Positions 10,753 to 22,100 of a stretch of DNA of 64,000 nucleotides are shown here, piece by piece. The stretch's first letter is position 1; each line of letters opens with the position of its first letter. The notes beneath the pieces are model-generated. The model was given only the letters and a program-made list of their open reading frames with translations. It did no database searches and was not told where the DNA came from. The position numbers and the translations under genes are program-made. Source of the stretch: Oopsacas minuta (taxonomy: Eukaryota; Animalia; Porifera); NCBI GenBank assembly GCA_024704765.1, contig JAKMXF010000354.1:481690-545689 (forward strand), read 5' to 3'.

Positions 10753-13700
10753 TTAGTGAAGAACATGTGCTTTATGCAAAGTAAAACCATCCATCAGAGA
10801 ATATATTTTTGTTTCTTGTTCAAAACTGGCAGTTAGCCAGAGCTTGAGTGGATGGAAAAGCAAATTAATTCTGTTTCGTAAAACCTTCCCAGAAGGAGTT
10901 TTATTTTTGAGATTACACATTTGGAGGGGAGAAGAGTAATCAGAAAATAATAGTACATCTGAGGATCCACTTCCAGATACAGCAGTAAGATCTGTACTGG
11001 GATATTTCGCTACAGAATCTAGAGTTTTTAGCCCTGTAGAGAATCTCTTAATAAAATCGTGTGTTCTTATATCAGAGATTTGTATCTCATCTTCAACAGA
11101 GAATGTACAGAATCTATCTTGTGATTTACTCATCATATTAATACTCAGTATTGAGTGTGAATGTACACGCATAGACCATGTAGATAAATTCCTACGTTCT
11201 CTCATATCGAATAGTAGCACATAACCTTCACAGTCTCCTGCTAGAAATAGGTCGTTGTTAGTTGGGTGTAGTGCTAGAGAAGATACATTATCTTTAAAAG
11301 GTAGAGATATCGTTTGTCTTAACATCTCACTATGCAGGTCCCAGATATGTATTAGAGGTTCATTAGCTGCTACAAACAATAGCCCAGCTGTTTCATGATA
11401 CTTCAAACTAGTCAGCTTACAGTTTGTTCTGTAAGCTAGACTGGGTATAGCACGCCAGCCTGATACAATAGAAGGAATACTTTGATCCTCAGGATTAGTA
11501 GAGTTAGGAAATACTTCTATGTCTTTCCATATCCTGATATTACCGTTATCTTCTAGAACTAGAAGCAATGGATAGTGTATAGGATTCAAATACTCAATAG
11601 CTGATAATCTGGAGTTAATAGAAGATACTGCATTGAAGGAAATAGATGGGAGTAGAGGATCAGCTGTTTCCTCATGATCAGGAGAACTGAAATTGTATAT
11701 TTTCACTAATTTATCTGTTGCAAGAGCTAGGTTACACTCAAAGGGGTGGAACTTCATAGTCACACTATTTTCTACTACATAATCACAGCTAACAGCAACA
11801 GTATTGTCAATAGCTTCTTGTAATTGGCGAGGAGAATATACACAGAAATCTGTGTGATTAGCTAATGTCTCATTCTTTCTTTTAGAATAGTAAATCTTAA
11901 GAAAAGGATCTATATCCAATTCAGGTCTAGCTCTCAGTATAGGTTTAGTGAAGTACCTAGCAGACCATGGATATAACCCTACTGTTGGTGCAGGAGGTTG
12001 ATCAGGGGTATCATTTGCCGAATGTACAGACATGAAACTAACTTCTGGAGATAAAGTGAATTGAGGATCTTGTTCTTCTTCTGAATCATAACACAAGTTT
12101 TTAACCATCGTATGAACTTTAGGGAATACAAATGCACAGAGATGTTTAGTCAGATTAGAAACACTCTCACAGGAATCTTCTCTCATTAGCATTAAGTTAT
12201 CCCATATCTGTAGATATATATTGTTAGGTGAACTGAGTGTAGGATTTCTGAGTAGAGAAGAAGGTACTTTAACATCCATGCTAGACCTTCTCCTGTGAGA
12301 GGAATGAGAGGAGCATGACATCAGTATATCACCGTTAGAATTAAAATCTACATGGTTAGGACCTGATTCACTCAGTGGGATATTTTTATTGGTGTCAATA
12401 ACCGCAACCCACTCATCAAATAGTGTAGAAGTTAGAATATGTTCATTTGAATATGGTTCGCTATTCCGTGTATGATCTACATGTGTTCTAGCTATCGTAT
12501 TAAAGAACTGTTGATCGAACTGGTTAATGAATGCCTGCATTATTGTAACCATTTCTCTACGTACGATAGGACTAGCATCCCTGGTACCCATATTGATAAG
12601 GAGAGACATAATGTCATGACTAATTGTATCGCTCTTCTGAGATGGTACTTGTGATTGACTCGTGAGAGCACTTAACGCGGATATAGCACATGCTCTCACT
12701 TCTGGGGACTGATTATTCATAAGCGGATAGAGTATTTCATGAGCAGAGCTACGATGAGCAGAGGAAATAGCTTGTTCACTTCCTTGCCAGAATCTAGACA
12801 GGCAAAGACACAGCCATTGTAAGAGAAAGGGCTGGGAATTTGGACACATTTCTAACTGGGACAGACATACAAATCCTAACTCAATATTGAAACAAGCTTC
12901 ATTACCCAACGGATAATCATCACATATTCTGCTTAGAACGAAGCATGACATTGATCTATACTCAGGTTCTAAGCTTGTGTCCTTTACGGCATTAACGAAG
13001 TATTCAAAGCTCTTCTCTCTAACCAGATCGACTTTACAGTCAGGCTCTACAGCCAGGATCTTAGCCCAGATATATATCATTAATCTCTTAAGCTCTACGA
13101 ATGAGCTATGTAGTAACTTCAATACATACGGGAATATACCTACTGATAGGACTAAGTGTACAGCTTGAGGTCCTTCGTCCATGTAAGTACATAGAAGATT
13201 GAGTGCTGAGAGGCGATCCGCTTTACTAAGTAAAACCTGTAATAAGATTGGTAGTTGTTCAGGAGGGGAATTTATATCTGGTGAGTAGCTACAAGCATTT
13301 AGACACCGAGAAAAGCATTTTATCTGTTCTGTGAAGAATTCAGTGGAGTGAGAACGATGTAGAGGATTGGGATAAGGAGTATCCTTATAAATATCCATCT
13401 CTTTGAGGAGAGAATTTAGCGTATTGTCCCAGCTCAGCCAGAGATGGTGTTTGTAAGTGGGAGGGAGAGGGGGATGGGAGACAGGGACACACCCGTAATA
13501 ACGCATTAGTCTATCTGCAAGTAGAAAGTTTCTAAAGAGACTAGCAACTAACAAATCTTGTCTGAAGAGACGTAGAAATAAATCTCTAGGTAGAGTAGTC
13601 CATGCTATCGTATCTGTTATAGCAGTAAATACCCAGTTTAGCTCTCCTACGAGAGATCGTCTATCAGCTATTTTCCCTGGCAGAGCATCTATCCTCTCAA

Positions 13701-14556
13701 GTGTTATGTTATCTGCCCAAGGGATTAGATCTCTGTTTTGGTAGGAAAATGATAAGATGGATACCTTAATAGGAGTAGTGAGTGTAGCAGAGAATAGATC
13801 AGATGGCATGAGAGGGTGTATAGGGAGTAGTTCGTCTTCAGAGCAAGCAGCAAGATGAATACTGTTAGCTTTGTAGTCAGGGACCTGTGTTACACCGTAT
13901 TTAGCTTGATCTTTCTGTCTCTGTTCAGCAAACGTGTTATACCATTTCACTACAAGTCCGGCTAAAGCACAATCCCATACGAATACAGAGGGTGCACCTA
14001 TCCATATGATTAGGTCGTAAATAGATAGAGGAATATATTGAGTATAATCCTTGTTAAATATCCATATCTCTCCATTCTGAGTTGGTTTAGGAACTCCATG
14101 TCCGTTGTAATGGAATAGGACTCTATCATCTTGAGCTTGATTACGAAGTGATACACATAGCTTCTTTACTTCTTCTGTTGTAGGTTCTATCGATACCTTG
14201 ATGCGGGCTCTAGGCTGCCAACGCTCATACTGACGCTGTAGAGCTTGTCCAATTGCCTCTACAGCTTTAGCTCCAGTCATAGGATCTATCCAACACTCCA
14301 TTCTAGCTGAGTTCTTAGGTCTGATACTGTCAGGAGGATCAACTCCAGGGTTGAGACAGAGAATAAGAGCTACGGAGAAAGTCTTCATTCTATCCTTTAC
14401 GCGCCATTTCCCTTTGATAGGCTCATCTTCTATGTTGTCTTGTTTGTGACGGGGCTCTGAAAATAGAGGAAGGGGGGAGAGTACAGGGGAGTGAGTAGAG
14501 AGGGAACTAGACTCATTCGTGGGGGAGGGACAAGAGTTCAATTGGTCTTGTGTCAT
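10753..14556 (-). CDS. RPTOR: Regulatory-associated protein of mTOR (Raptor), intronless
   Basis: RNC domain (WRVKDRMKTFSVALILCLNPGVDPPD, RVLFHYNGHGVPKPT, LFRQDLLVASLFRNFLLA), then a HEAT region and C-terminal WD40 repeats; 1267 aa. Confidence 0.96.
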   Translation of the reverse strand: MTQDQLNSCPSPTNESSSLSTHSPVLSPLPLFSEPRHKQDNIEDEPIKGKWRVKDRMKTFSVALILCLNPGVDPPDSIRPKNSARMECWIDPMTGAKAVEAIGQALQRQYERWQPRARIKVSIEPTTEEVKKLCVSLRNQAQDDRVLFHYNGHGVPKPTQNGEIWIFNKDYTQYIPLSIYDLIIWIGAPSVFVWDCALAGLVVKWYNTFAEQRQKDQAKYGVTQVPDYKANSIHLAACSEDELLPIHPLMPSDLFSATLTTPIKVSILSFSYQNRDLIPWADNITLERIDALPGKIADRRSLVGELNWVFTAITDTIAWTTLPRDLFLRLFRQDLLVASLFRNFLLADRLMRYYGCVPVSHPPLPPTYKHHLWLSWDNTLNSLLKEMDIYKDTPYPNPLHRSHSTEFFTEQIKCFSRCLNACSYSPDINSPPEQLPILLQVLLSKADRLSALNLLCTYMDEGPQAVHLVLSVGIFPYVLKLLHSSFVELKRLMIYIWAKILAVEPDCKVDLVREKSFEYFVNAVKDTSLEPEYRSMSCFVLSRICDDYPLGNEACFNIELGFVCLSQLEMCPNSQPFLLQWLCLCLSRFWQGSEQAISSAHRSSAHEILYPLMNNQSPEVRACAISALSALTSQSQVPSQKSDTISHDIMSLLINMGTRDASPIVRREMVTIMQAFINQFDQQFFNTIARTHVDHTRNSEPYSNEHILTSTLFDEWVAVIDTNKNIPLSESGPNHVDFNSNGDILMSCSSHSSHRRRSSMDVKVPSSLLRNPTLSSPNNIYLQIWDNLMLMREDSCESVSNLTKHLCAFVFPKVHTMVKNLCYDSEEEQDPQFTLSPEVSFMSVHSANDTPDQPPAPTVGLYPWSARYFTKPILRARPELDIDPFLKIYYSKRKNETLANHTDFCVYSPRQLQEAIDNTVAVSCDYVVENSVTMKFHPFECNLALATDKLVKIYNFSSPDHEETADPLLPSISFNAVSSINSRLSAIEYLNPIHYPLLLVLEDNGNIRIWKDIEVFPNSTNPEDQSIPSIVSGWRAIPSLAYRTNCKLTSLKYHETAGLLFVAANEPLIHIWDLHSEMLRQTISLPFKDNVSSLALHPTNNDLFLAGDCEGYVLLFDMRERRNLSTWSMRVHSHSILSINMMSKSQDRFCTFSVEDEIQISDIRTHDFIKRFSTGLKTLDSVAKYPSTDLTAVSGSGSSDVLLFSDYSSPLQMCNLKNKTPSGKVLRNRINLLFHPLKLWLTASFEQETKIYSLMDGFTLHKAHVLH

Positions 14557-14978
14557 TCTTTCTGGACAATCTATATTAGTGAATTGTGTTATAATAACTC
14601 AGTATTATATCAAAGATTGTATTGGATAGTATGACAAACAGGTTACAAAGTTCTTTTATAATTGCTTGCTGCCTCACCTCGTGGTTAGCACTACGTGTCC
14701 AGAATGCGTGCACAACACGTGACCATGATTGCACCATAATTTGTTATATTAGACAAATGGCTACGTATTATATTACTTATTTGCAATATTGTAATAGTAT
14801 TTAATCATTGCAATGCAGCAGTTCAGAGATATAAGAACTTTGATACAGCAACCATTATAAAAGATCTCTCCAACAACCTGCCCTAATTCAATAGTTCAAT
14901 TAACAATGCATAGATAATATATTAATATAGGGAATCTTTGTGTAGTATATGTATGTGTAAGACATAATGCTTATGGAA

Positions 14979-15431
14979 TTATTCCATAATTTTACCACTC
15001 GAATCAGAAAATATACTTTTCAGCCAATCTATGATAGGGATTGTATTGGCTCTCTCTATCATGAGGTTTACTTTCATAGCATTAGGGTCTTTACTAGAAT
15101 TCATAACTCTAGCTTCTATTGAGTGCTTCTGACTCTTTAGGCTGTAAACCTGTATATCTTGCTCTAGTAGTTCGTTGTTAAATTCATCAGGAACCACTTT
15201 TATAGGAGTTGCGATACTGTTTTCATTGTCAATAATTAGTACTATGGAAGAGTCAGTTACTAATTGTATTTTGTAAGTCTGACTGAACAGTTGCAGACAA
15301 ATTAGTATGAACAGACAAACTATTATAAGAAAGAAAAGGCAATTCTCGAAGTTGACAGAACAAGAGGACAAGTCTTTCTCATTAGCTTCATCTATCTTCT
15401 TAACTTCACACTTTTCTAAATCCAATGCCAT
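14979..15431 (-). CDS. Hypothetical type II single-pass membrane protein
   Basis: 150-aa ATG ORF with one hydrophobic segment (CLFFLIIVCLFILICLQLF) after a short charged N-terminus; no recognisable domain. Confidence 0.55.
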   Translation of the reverse strand: MALDLEKCEVKKIDEANEKDLSSCSVNFENCLFFLIIVCLFILICLQLFSQTYKIQLVTDSSIVLIIDNENSIATPIKVVPDEFNNELLEQDIQVYSLKSQKHSIEARVMNSSKDPNAMKVNLMIERANTIPIIDWLKSIFSDSSGKIME

Positions 15432-15979
15432 TTTTGCAGTTTGTTTACCGAACTGTGACTATATTTCGAATTTATATGAATGAAAATTATAACCATTTAA
15501 GTGCGTAAAGCCTAATACAGCTGGTTGTACGCATCTGAAGAAATGAGAAGCATTGAAAGGCAATCAAGTGTAGCCAAGTAAACGAGACAAGTTTTCTATA
15601 GAATAATAAGCAATTCATAAATATTATTAGGATAAGGAAATACATTTATGTCTAATATATTACATGATTAACCGAATACTGCATGGAAAATGTGTGATTT
15701 TATGACATCAAAAAGGTGCTAAATATCGTTTGTTCCTGGAATTGGTTAAAACGAAGTGGTACGATTTTAGTGTTCCTTTTCTTTACGAACTTAAAACCTC
15801 GGCCGTAATCGGTTAATCAATCAAAACCTTAATCAAAGAGCCAATAAAGTAACTTCTATTATATACGAAATAAATTTATTAAACAAAATTACGTAATGCA
15901 GCTTGCTACTAAATTCTGGACCGGGACTGGACTAGCTTGGATTGGACAAGGCAGAGCTGCTTATTAGAGCGAGTGGGGT

Positions 15980-16554
15980 CCCCTATATGTCTGTTGAGAG
16001 CAAGTCTCTAAGTATATTTCGATATTTCAACTATTTGTTTACTTTATATTCATAAAAACAACAATAAATTTACATATGAGAAATATGAAAATGCGAAATT
16101 TGGAATCAGCGTACTTGATTACCCCTATTGACTGTTGAGAGCAAGTCTCTAAGTATATTTCGATATTTCAACTATTTGTTTACTTTATATTCATAAAAAC
16201 AACAATAAATTTGCATATGCGAAACTTGAAAATGCGAAATTCAGAATCTGCTTACTTGATTACCCCTATTGACTGTTGAGAGCAAGTCTCTAAGTATATT
16301 TCGATATTTCAACTATTTGTTTACTTTATATTCATAAAAACAACAATAAATTTGCATATGCGAAACTTGAAAATGCGAAATTCAGAATCAGCTTACTTGA
16401 TTACCCCTATTGACTGTTGAGAGCAAGTCTCTATGTATAATTCGATATTTCAACTATTTGTTTACTTTATATTCATAAAACAACAATAAATTTACATATG
16501 AGAAATATGAAAATGCGAAATTTGGAATCAGCGTACTTGATTACCCCTATATGA
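15980..16554 (+). repeat. Tandem array of four near-identical 141-bp units (left arm)
   Basis: Units are directly alignable (CCCCTATTGACTGTTGAGAGCAAGTCTCTAAGTATATTTCG...) and differ by few substitutions. Confidence 0.95.
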
Positions 16555-16574
16555 CTGTTGAGAGCAAGTTTCTC

Positions 16575-16900
16575 AACCGGTTAAACCTGCTAAACCGGCT
16601 AAACCAGCTAAACCGGTTAAACCTGCTAAACCGGCTAAACCGGCTAAACCTGCTAAACCTGCTAAACCGGTTAAACCTGCTAAACCTGCTAAACCGGTTA
16701 AACCTGCTAAACCGGTTAAACCAGCTAAACCGGTTAAACCTGCTAAACCTGCTAAACCAGCTAAACCGGCTAAACCGGCTAAACCGGTTAAACCTGCTAA
16801 ACCGGCTAAACCTGCTAAACCAGCTAAACCGGTTAAACCTGCTAAACCAGCTAAACCTGCTAAACCGGCTAAACCTGCTTAACCGTCTAAACCGGCTCAA
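16575..16900. repeat. 9-bp minisatellite, consensus AAACCNGYT, about 35 copies
   Basis: Interleaved variants AAACCGGTT, AAACCTGCT, AAACCGGCT and AAACCAGCT. Confidence 0.95.
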
Positions 16901-18013
16901 CTTGCTCTCAACAGTCATATAGGGGTAATCAAGTACGCTGATTCCAAATTTCGCATTTTCAAGTTTCGCATATGCAAATTTATTGTTGTTTTTATGAATA
17001 TAAAGTAAACAAATAGTTGAAATCTCGAAATATACTTAGAGACTTGCTCTCAACAGTCAATAGGGATAATCAAGTACGCTGATTCTGAATTCCGCATTTT
17101 CAAATTTCTCATATGAAATTTATTGTTGTTTTTATGAATATAAAGTAAACAAATTTCAAAATTGAGGTAGAATCATACTTTCAACGGCTATCCTGGGGTA
17201 ATCGAGTATGCTGAGTCCGAATATTGTATTGTAAACAACATACTGTGAATATTTGTTTACTTTTATGTACATAAAGTAAACAAATTTCAAAATTAATCAT
17301 ATTTCACACCCTTTGCATAATATTCAAAATTATGCTTGAGATTTCCTTTAACTGCTAGTAAGGGGTAATCGTTATGTAGATTCCACTTTTCTCTTCAATA
17401 TATTTATTCCCAAAAGAGACTCGTATTGTTAATTAAAATTATTTCGAAGGCACTTACCATCGACATTGATTACTAATATCAAGCTAAGTAAAATCGTTAT
17501 AACACCCTATTTTAATTTGTTGGGAACTCTCTTTATCTATGTAAGATGTATTCCCTAAATGATAATTATTAATTAACTAATTTCTGAGAATTTTATTTAT
17601 GTAACTATTTCAAAATTTCAAATTATATTACAATTTGTATTTACCATATTTAATTAATTAAATAGATTCCATACATCGCTATTTGGTAATAGTTGAAAAA
17701 AGGTAGAATGAGACTACGTATGACAAGTATGATAATCTGACTTCCTATACGTAAATGTGTGATAGTCTTAAAGTTGGTCATATCACGATATTAAGAATTA
17801 CAATTGAAAATTTAGAATACAAAAAATATATAAAATAAAAAGACTAGCGACCCCATGGTTTTTCAGAGAATTGAATTATAGAATACAAAGGAAGGTATTC
17901 TGTTAATAAATAATTTCCAGAATTGAGTTCAAAGTTAAGAGCTCGTAATTCACAAAAAGTAAGAAATTAACGATTTTTAGAGGTTGATGCGGGTGATAAT
18001 TTTCAGTAATTAT

Positions 18014-18047
18014 CTATTTGTTTACTTTATATTCATAAAAACAACAA
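18014..18047 (+). repeat. Solo fragment of the 141-bp repeat unit
   Basis: CTATTTGTTTACTTTATATTCATAAAAACAACAA is identical to part of the unit at 16030-16070. Confidence 0.75.
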
Positions 18048-18336
18048 AATAATTAACAATTTAAAACTTGTTATAATATTCACAGACATGTGAGTAGTAA
18101 AACTGTAGATAACCATTGGAAATATTCAATACCGTCCCTAATATAACGGAATGTTCACAAATACATTGTATATTCGATCGAATATCACCCACAATATTCT
18201 AACACTTAAGATTATGATCTGTCATAGGCTATATTCTGTGTGCTTTAATTTGTTACTTCAGAGTTTAATTAAAGTTAAATAAGTTATCACAAAACACATA
18301 CATTGGTGTCAAGTGATATAAATAGGTATACACATT

Positions 18337-18891
18337 CTAATTAATTAGTCCTCTGACTCTATCCTCGTAGAGTTTATAGTATTCTGTAGCTAAGTAGAGG
18401 AATGGTGCGTCTACATCAATAGAATCCTTTGCAGAAGTTTCAAAGTAAGCTAATCCTTTCCCATCAGCAAATCTCCTGCCTTCCTCCGAATTAACAACCC
18501 AGCGATTCGTAAGGTCAGATTTATTAGCAATTAGTGCTCCTGGAAAAGCAATCTCAGGCTTCTGAGATCGCACCTTCTCCAACCACATGGGACAACTTGC
18601 TAGAGATTGGGGATCTGTGACGTCGTATACAAGCGCAACCATAGAAGGATTCTCCCAATAGTGTACAACAAGATCAGAGTATAGCTCATTACCACTTGAG
18701 TCTAGTATATACATTTCTACAGAGTGGGGTGTGTCTGGTATCTGAACTGTTTTAACACAAGTGCTTACTCCTGTAGTCAGACTGTACGATTTAGGGAAGT
18801 GAGTACCTTCAGAATGGAAGGTTTGTGCAAGCGCGGTCTTACCAACCTTTGAGTTACCAATCAGAATACATTTAGCCCTCAACAATACCAT
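18337..18891 (-). CDS. IFT27: Intraflagellar transport protein 27 (RABL4), small GTPase
   Basis: AKCILIGNSKVGKTALAQTF, FPKSYSLTTG, LDSSG, LVYDVT, ANKSDL and YFETSAK match recalled IFT27 sequence. Confidence 0.93.
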   Translation of the reverse strand: MVLLRAKCILIGNSKVGKTALAQTFHSEGTHFPKSYSLTTGVSTCVKTVQIPDTPHSVEMYILDSSGNELYSDLVVHYWENPSMVALVYDVTDPQSLASCPMWLEKVRSQKPEIAFPGALIANKSDLTNRWVVNSEEGRRFADGKGLAYFETSAKDSIDVDAPFLYLATEYYKLYEDRVRGLIN

Positions 18892-19131
18892 ATTATATTA
18901 TCTGACACATACACACACAAAAATCATTCAAGCATAGATACAAATACTACACAAGTAATTTCGTGAATACTCCCATCCTTCTATTATCAACTAAATATGT
19001 AATTTGAAAATTTTTATCAAAATAGCATATATCACATAATGTAATATAAAGTCATTGGCTGCCTATCAAAGTTACTATAATTACAGTATTCAATAAAATA
19101 CATCACAAATCCTATACGAATAAAAAGCCTG

Positions 19132-22100
19132 TTACAATTGAGGACCACTAGTGTCATTAGTTTCTGCCTTTTTGAGTCCAGTTTTGTTGAAAGAAGAAAT
19201 AGAGGTCAATAACTTTCCTCTCTCTTCGGGAGCTCCCGTGTGACTAGAGTCCTCACTAGAAGCAGCGCTAGACACGATTGAGGAAGCTGTTGATTGTGGA
19301 TCTGTTATGACGTATAAATTATAAATATTACAATAACCCACTTATGATATTATACCTTTATTCGTTTCTTTAGTTTCCACTTTAGCCGAAGAAGAATGTT
19401 TTTTCTCAATTATTGCTACAAAAATTCAGATAAATATTTCTTACAAAAACAGCCAATATTTTATCATATTTAGATTCACTTACTCCCTTGTAAAGAAGAA
19501 ACTGGGTAATCTGTTTCTGTTTCTATTTCAGTTAATTGTTTCTCCTTCAGAAGAGATACAGTAGAACTCGGATAAGACGAGACAGTATTTTTACTCTCTA
19601 CATTTATATAACTTTAGTATTAAAATAGAATAGTGTAGTAGCTTACTAATTGATCCTTCTTTCTCTTTTTCTTGCCTTCTTCAGACATGGATCGTTCTTG
19701 TGCTTTAGAAACTCTTCTAGCATGAGAAATCTATAATATATGTATAATGATATGATTATAATAATTAAAAGAAACAAAAGGAGTAATAACAAAGGTGATT
19801 CTTACAGTTTTCTGTTCATCAATTATACGTTTTTCTGCATTATCTGCAGATTGTTTGAGAGCGTCTTTTAACTTGGTTGATACCTAGAGCATAAACAATT
19901 CAAATATGATTATTAGCTCTAAAATATTGTACAACAGCAAACTATTGATACACATTTTAATAACACTCGTGTACACAACTATTCTAACACTAAATATCTA
20001 ACTAGCTTATTGCCTCTTATCTCCTTAATGAGGTGATGATGTCTCAGAATAGTTAAGACAGTCCTCAATGTAGGATCTAGTACAAGATTTGCTAAAATCT
20101 TCAAATCTTCCTCAATAAAGAAATATCCTCCCTTGGTTTCAGCCGTCTCTGCATCTTTACAATCATGATAGTATTTGATTTTGGACATGGGGATTTTGGA
20201 GGGATGTAGAGAGGCTATTTTGTACTTTTCATCTAGGACAGTTTGCAATTTCTCAACAAACATTGTGAATTTCTGGTACCCCATTCTACCACGTACATAA
20301 GCCGGAGTCTTATTAAACTCATCTTCAGTTAGTAAACCTATGCGAGAAACTTGTTTTGTAGATCTCGTTTTCTTAATCTGGGGTAAGGAGTTGTTCTGTG
20401 TAGTAGGAGGATTGGGTTGCTGTTTTATCTTAGGTTTTTCAATAGGAATAGCAGGAAGATGATCCAATGCATGCTTATACAGCCTATTCTCCTCCTGAAC
20501 TGATTCCAACAACTCTCCTAATTCACTTGTCTGTGAGTGTAGCTCATCTATTCTCCTGTTAAACTCTACAGTCATATCCTCTTGTGATTCTAGAACCTGT
20601 TCTAACTCCTGGAGATCAGTGTTAAACTCAGGGGTTGATTTACAGCTGAGGACGGAGATGGATTCCACTAAAATTTCCATTTTTGCGGTTAGATTATGGA
20701 CGAGATCCTCCATAGAGATAGTCTGGAGATCAGTCTCATATTTGGGGGAGGCCATACCCCGCTGATTAGATCTCCTGCTATTGGCTAAGCCATAAAATTA
20801 CAATAATATTAGTCAAGATTCAGATATTTATAGAGTATTTTCAAAATGTTTTAATAGTCATACTACTCGTCGTTCATCTGAGCATGGAAAAAGATATCAC
20901 AAATGCTAACAATTTACTGCCTAAGATTCAAATTACCAGCCCCACACACTACGGTCTGGATATCACCATATTAACTCAAAGATTTGTTTGTTTATTAGTC
21001 AGAGTTGGTTGGGAAAGTGCTAAGAACTATACACGTGAAATTAGACATGTGGATATTATAAATTACTTACTTTCAAAGTCGGTTTTTCCATCAGACTGAT
21101 CGGAATTGAACAATCTTCGAAGAAACTACAAAAACAAGTTGCTTATTTTTAATACAGTACGAGTTCACAATTATACACTCATAACGTGATTATACACGAG
21201 TTGTAGGACTGGCAAGAATTAAAGCTATGGAGAATCAATATCACTCATTAATTGAGGAGAATTTCCGGCTCTAATACGAGATGGGATCTTTGGTAGAAAA
21301 TTCCCTTTGCTAGTATTCTCAGATTTAATCTTATCTCTCTCTGATTTCTGATTAGTATTACTCCACTTGAAAATAAGATCTATACTTGAGTTGTGTGAAG
21401 ATAGACTGCAAGAAGATAATCTGCTGGGAATTGGTGTAACTCTCTTCTTTATAGAATTAGAATTGCTCTTAGACCCTGTCTGGAGTTTTTCTAATCTCTT
21501 GAGAGGATCTTGAAATATATTTCTCTCATCTTTCTTCTTCTTTCCTTGTTTGAATTTCTTTGCTCGTTTATTGAACAAGGCTATACTCTGTTCGTTATTC
21601 AGGAACCACGGATCATTCAGTTCTTTAATTTTATCAGAGGAATCATGTTGCTGGATAGACGAACATGATGATTCGTTTGTTAAATTATCTGTCCTGTTAG
21701 AAGCAACTGTTGTATTGGAAGAGTTACGGCTAGGCCAAGCCATTCGTAGATTCCTGTCTGTATCAGAGAGATCTCTGTGAATAGGTGTTTGTATATTAGG
21801 TAACGTTAACCCATTAGCTGAACAGTTGGACTGATTCGGATTTACTCTAGTATAACTCTCCATTATCTCATCATAAAATCCTATTGGTGTTTTAGGTAGT
21901 TCAATACAAGCTCCTGATATTGGTTTATCCCCCCAGGTAGCTACACACAACTGCTCTATGTCATCACCATCACTGTCATTCATATCCTCTAGAGATCTGA
22001 GAGCTTCACTTAGTCGACTACGTACCCACCAACCCTTGAAATAAGCCTGAATAACTAATACAGCTGTTTTAACTTCCTTCAAGCGAATATTATACCTCTT

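Larger units (their letters stand above)
15975..17375. mobile_element. Foldback-like element: inverted arms built of 141-bp tandem units around a 9-mer array
   Basis: CTGTTGAGAGCAAG starts at 15991, 16132, 16273, 16414 and 16555 (period 141). Its reverse complement ends at 16914 and 17056, with decayed copies further right. Confidence 0.7.

Noticed and set aside
15980-16554. Regular repeats as a CRISPR array
   Set aside because: Units are contiguous 141-bp tandem copies with no unique spacers, there are no cas genes, and the context is eukaryotic.
16547-16922. ORFs 16547-16918 and 16551-16922 (FSR/LNR repeats) as proteins
   Set aside because: Both begin MTVESK only because of the inverted arms; they are translations of a minisatellite.
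19132-19341. Stand-alone thymosin-beta/WH2 gene
   Set aside because: It is the last exon of PXK, with an acceptor at 19302 in frame with upstream PXK exons.
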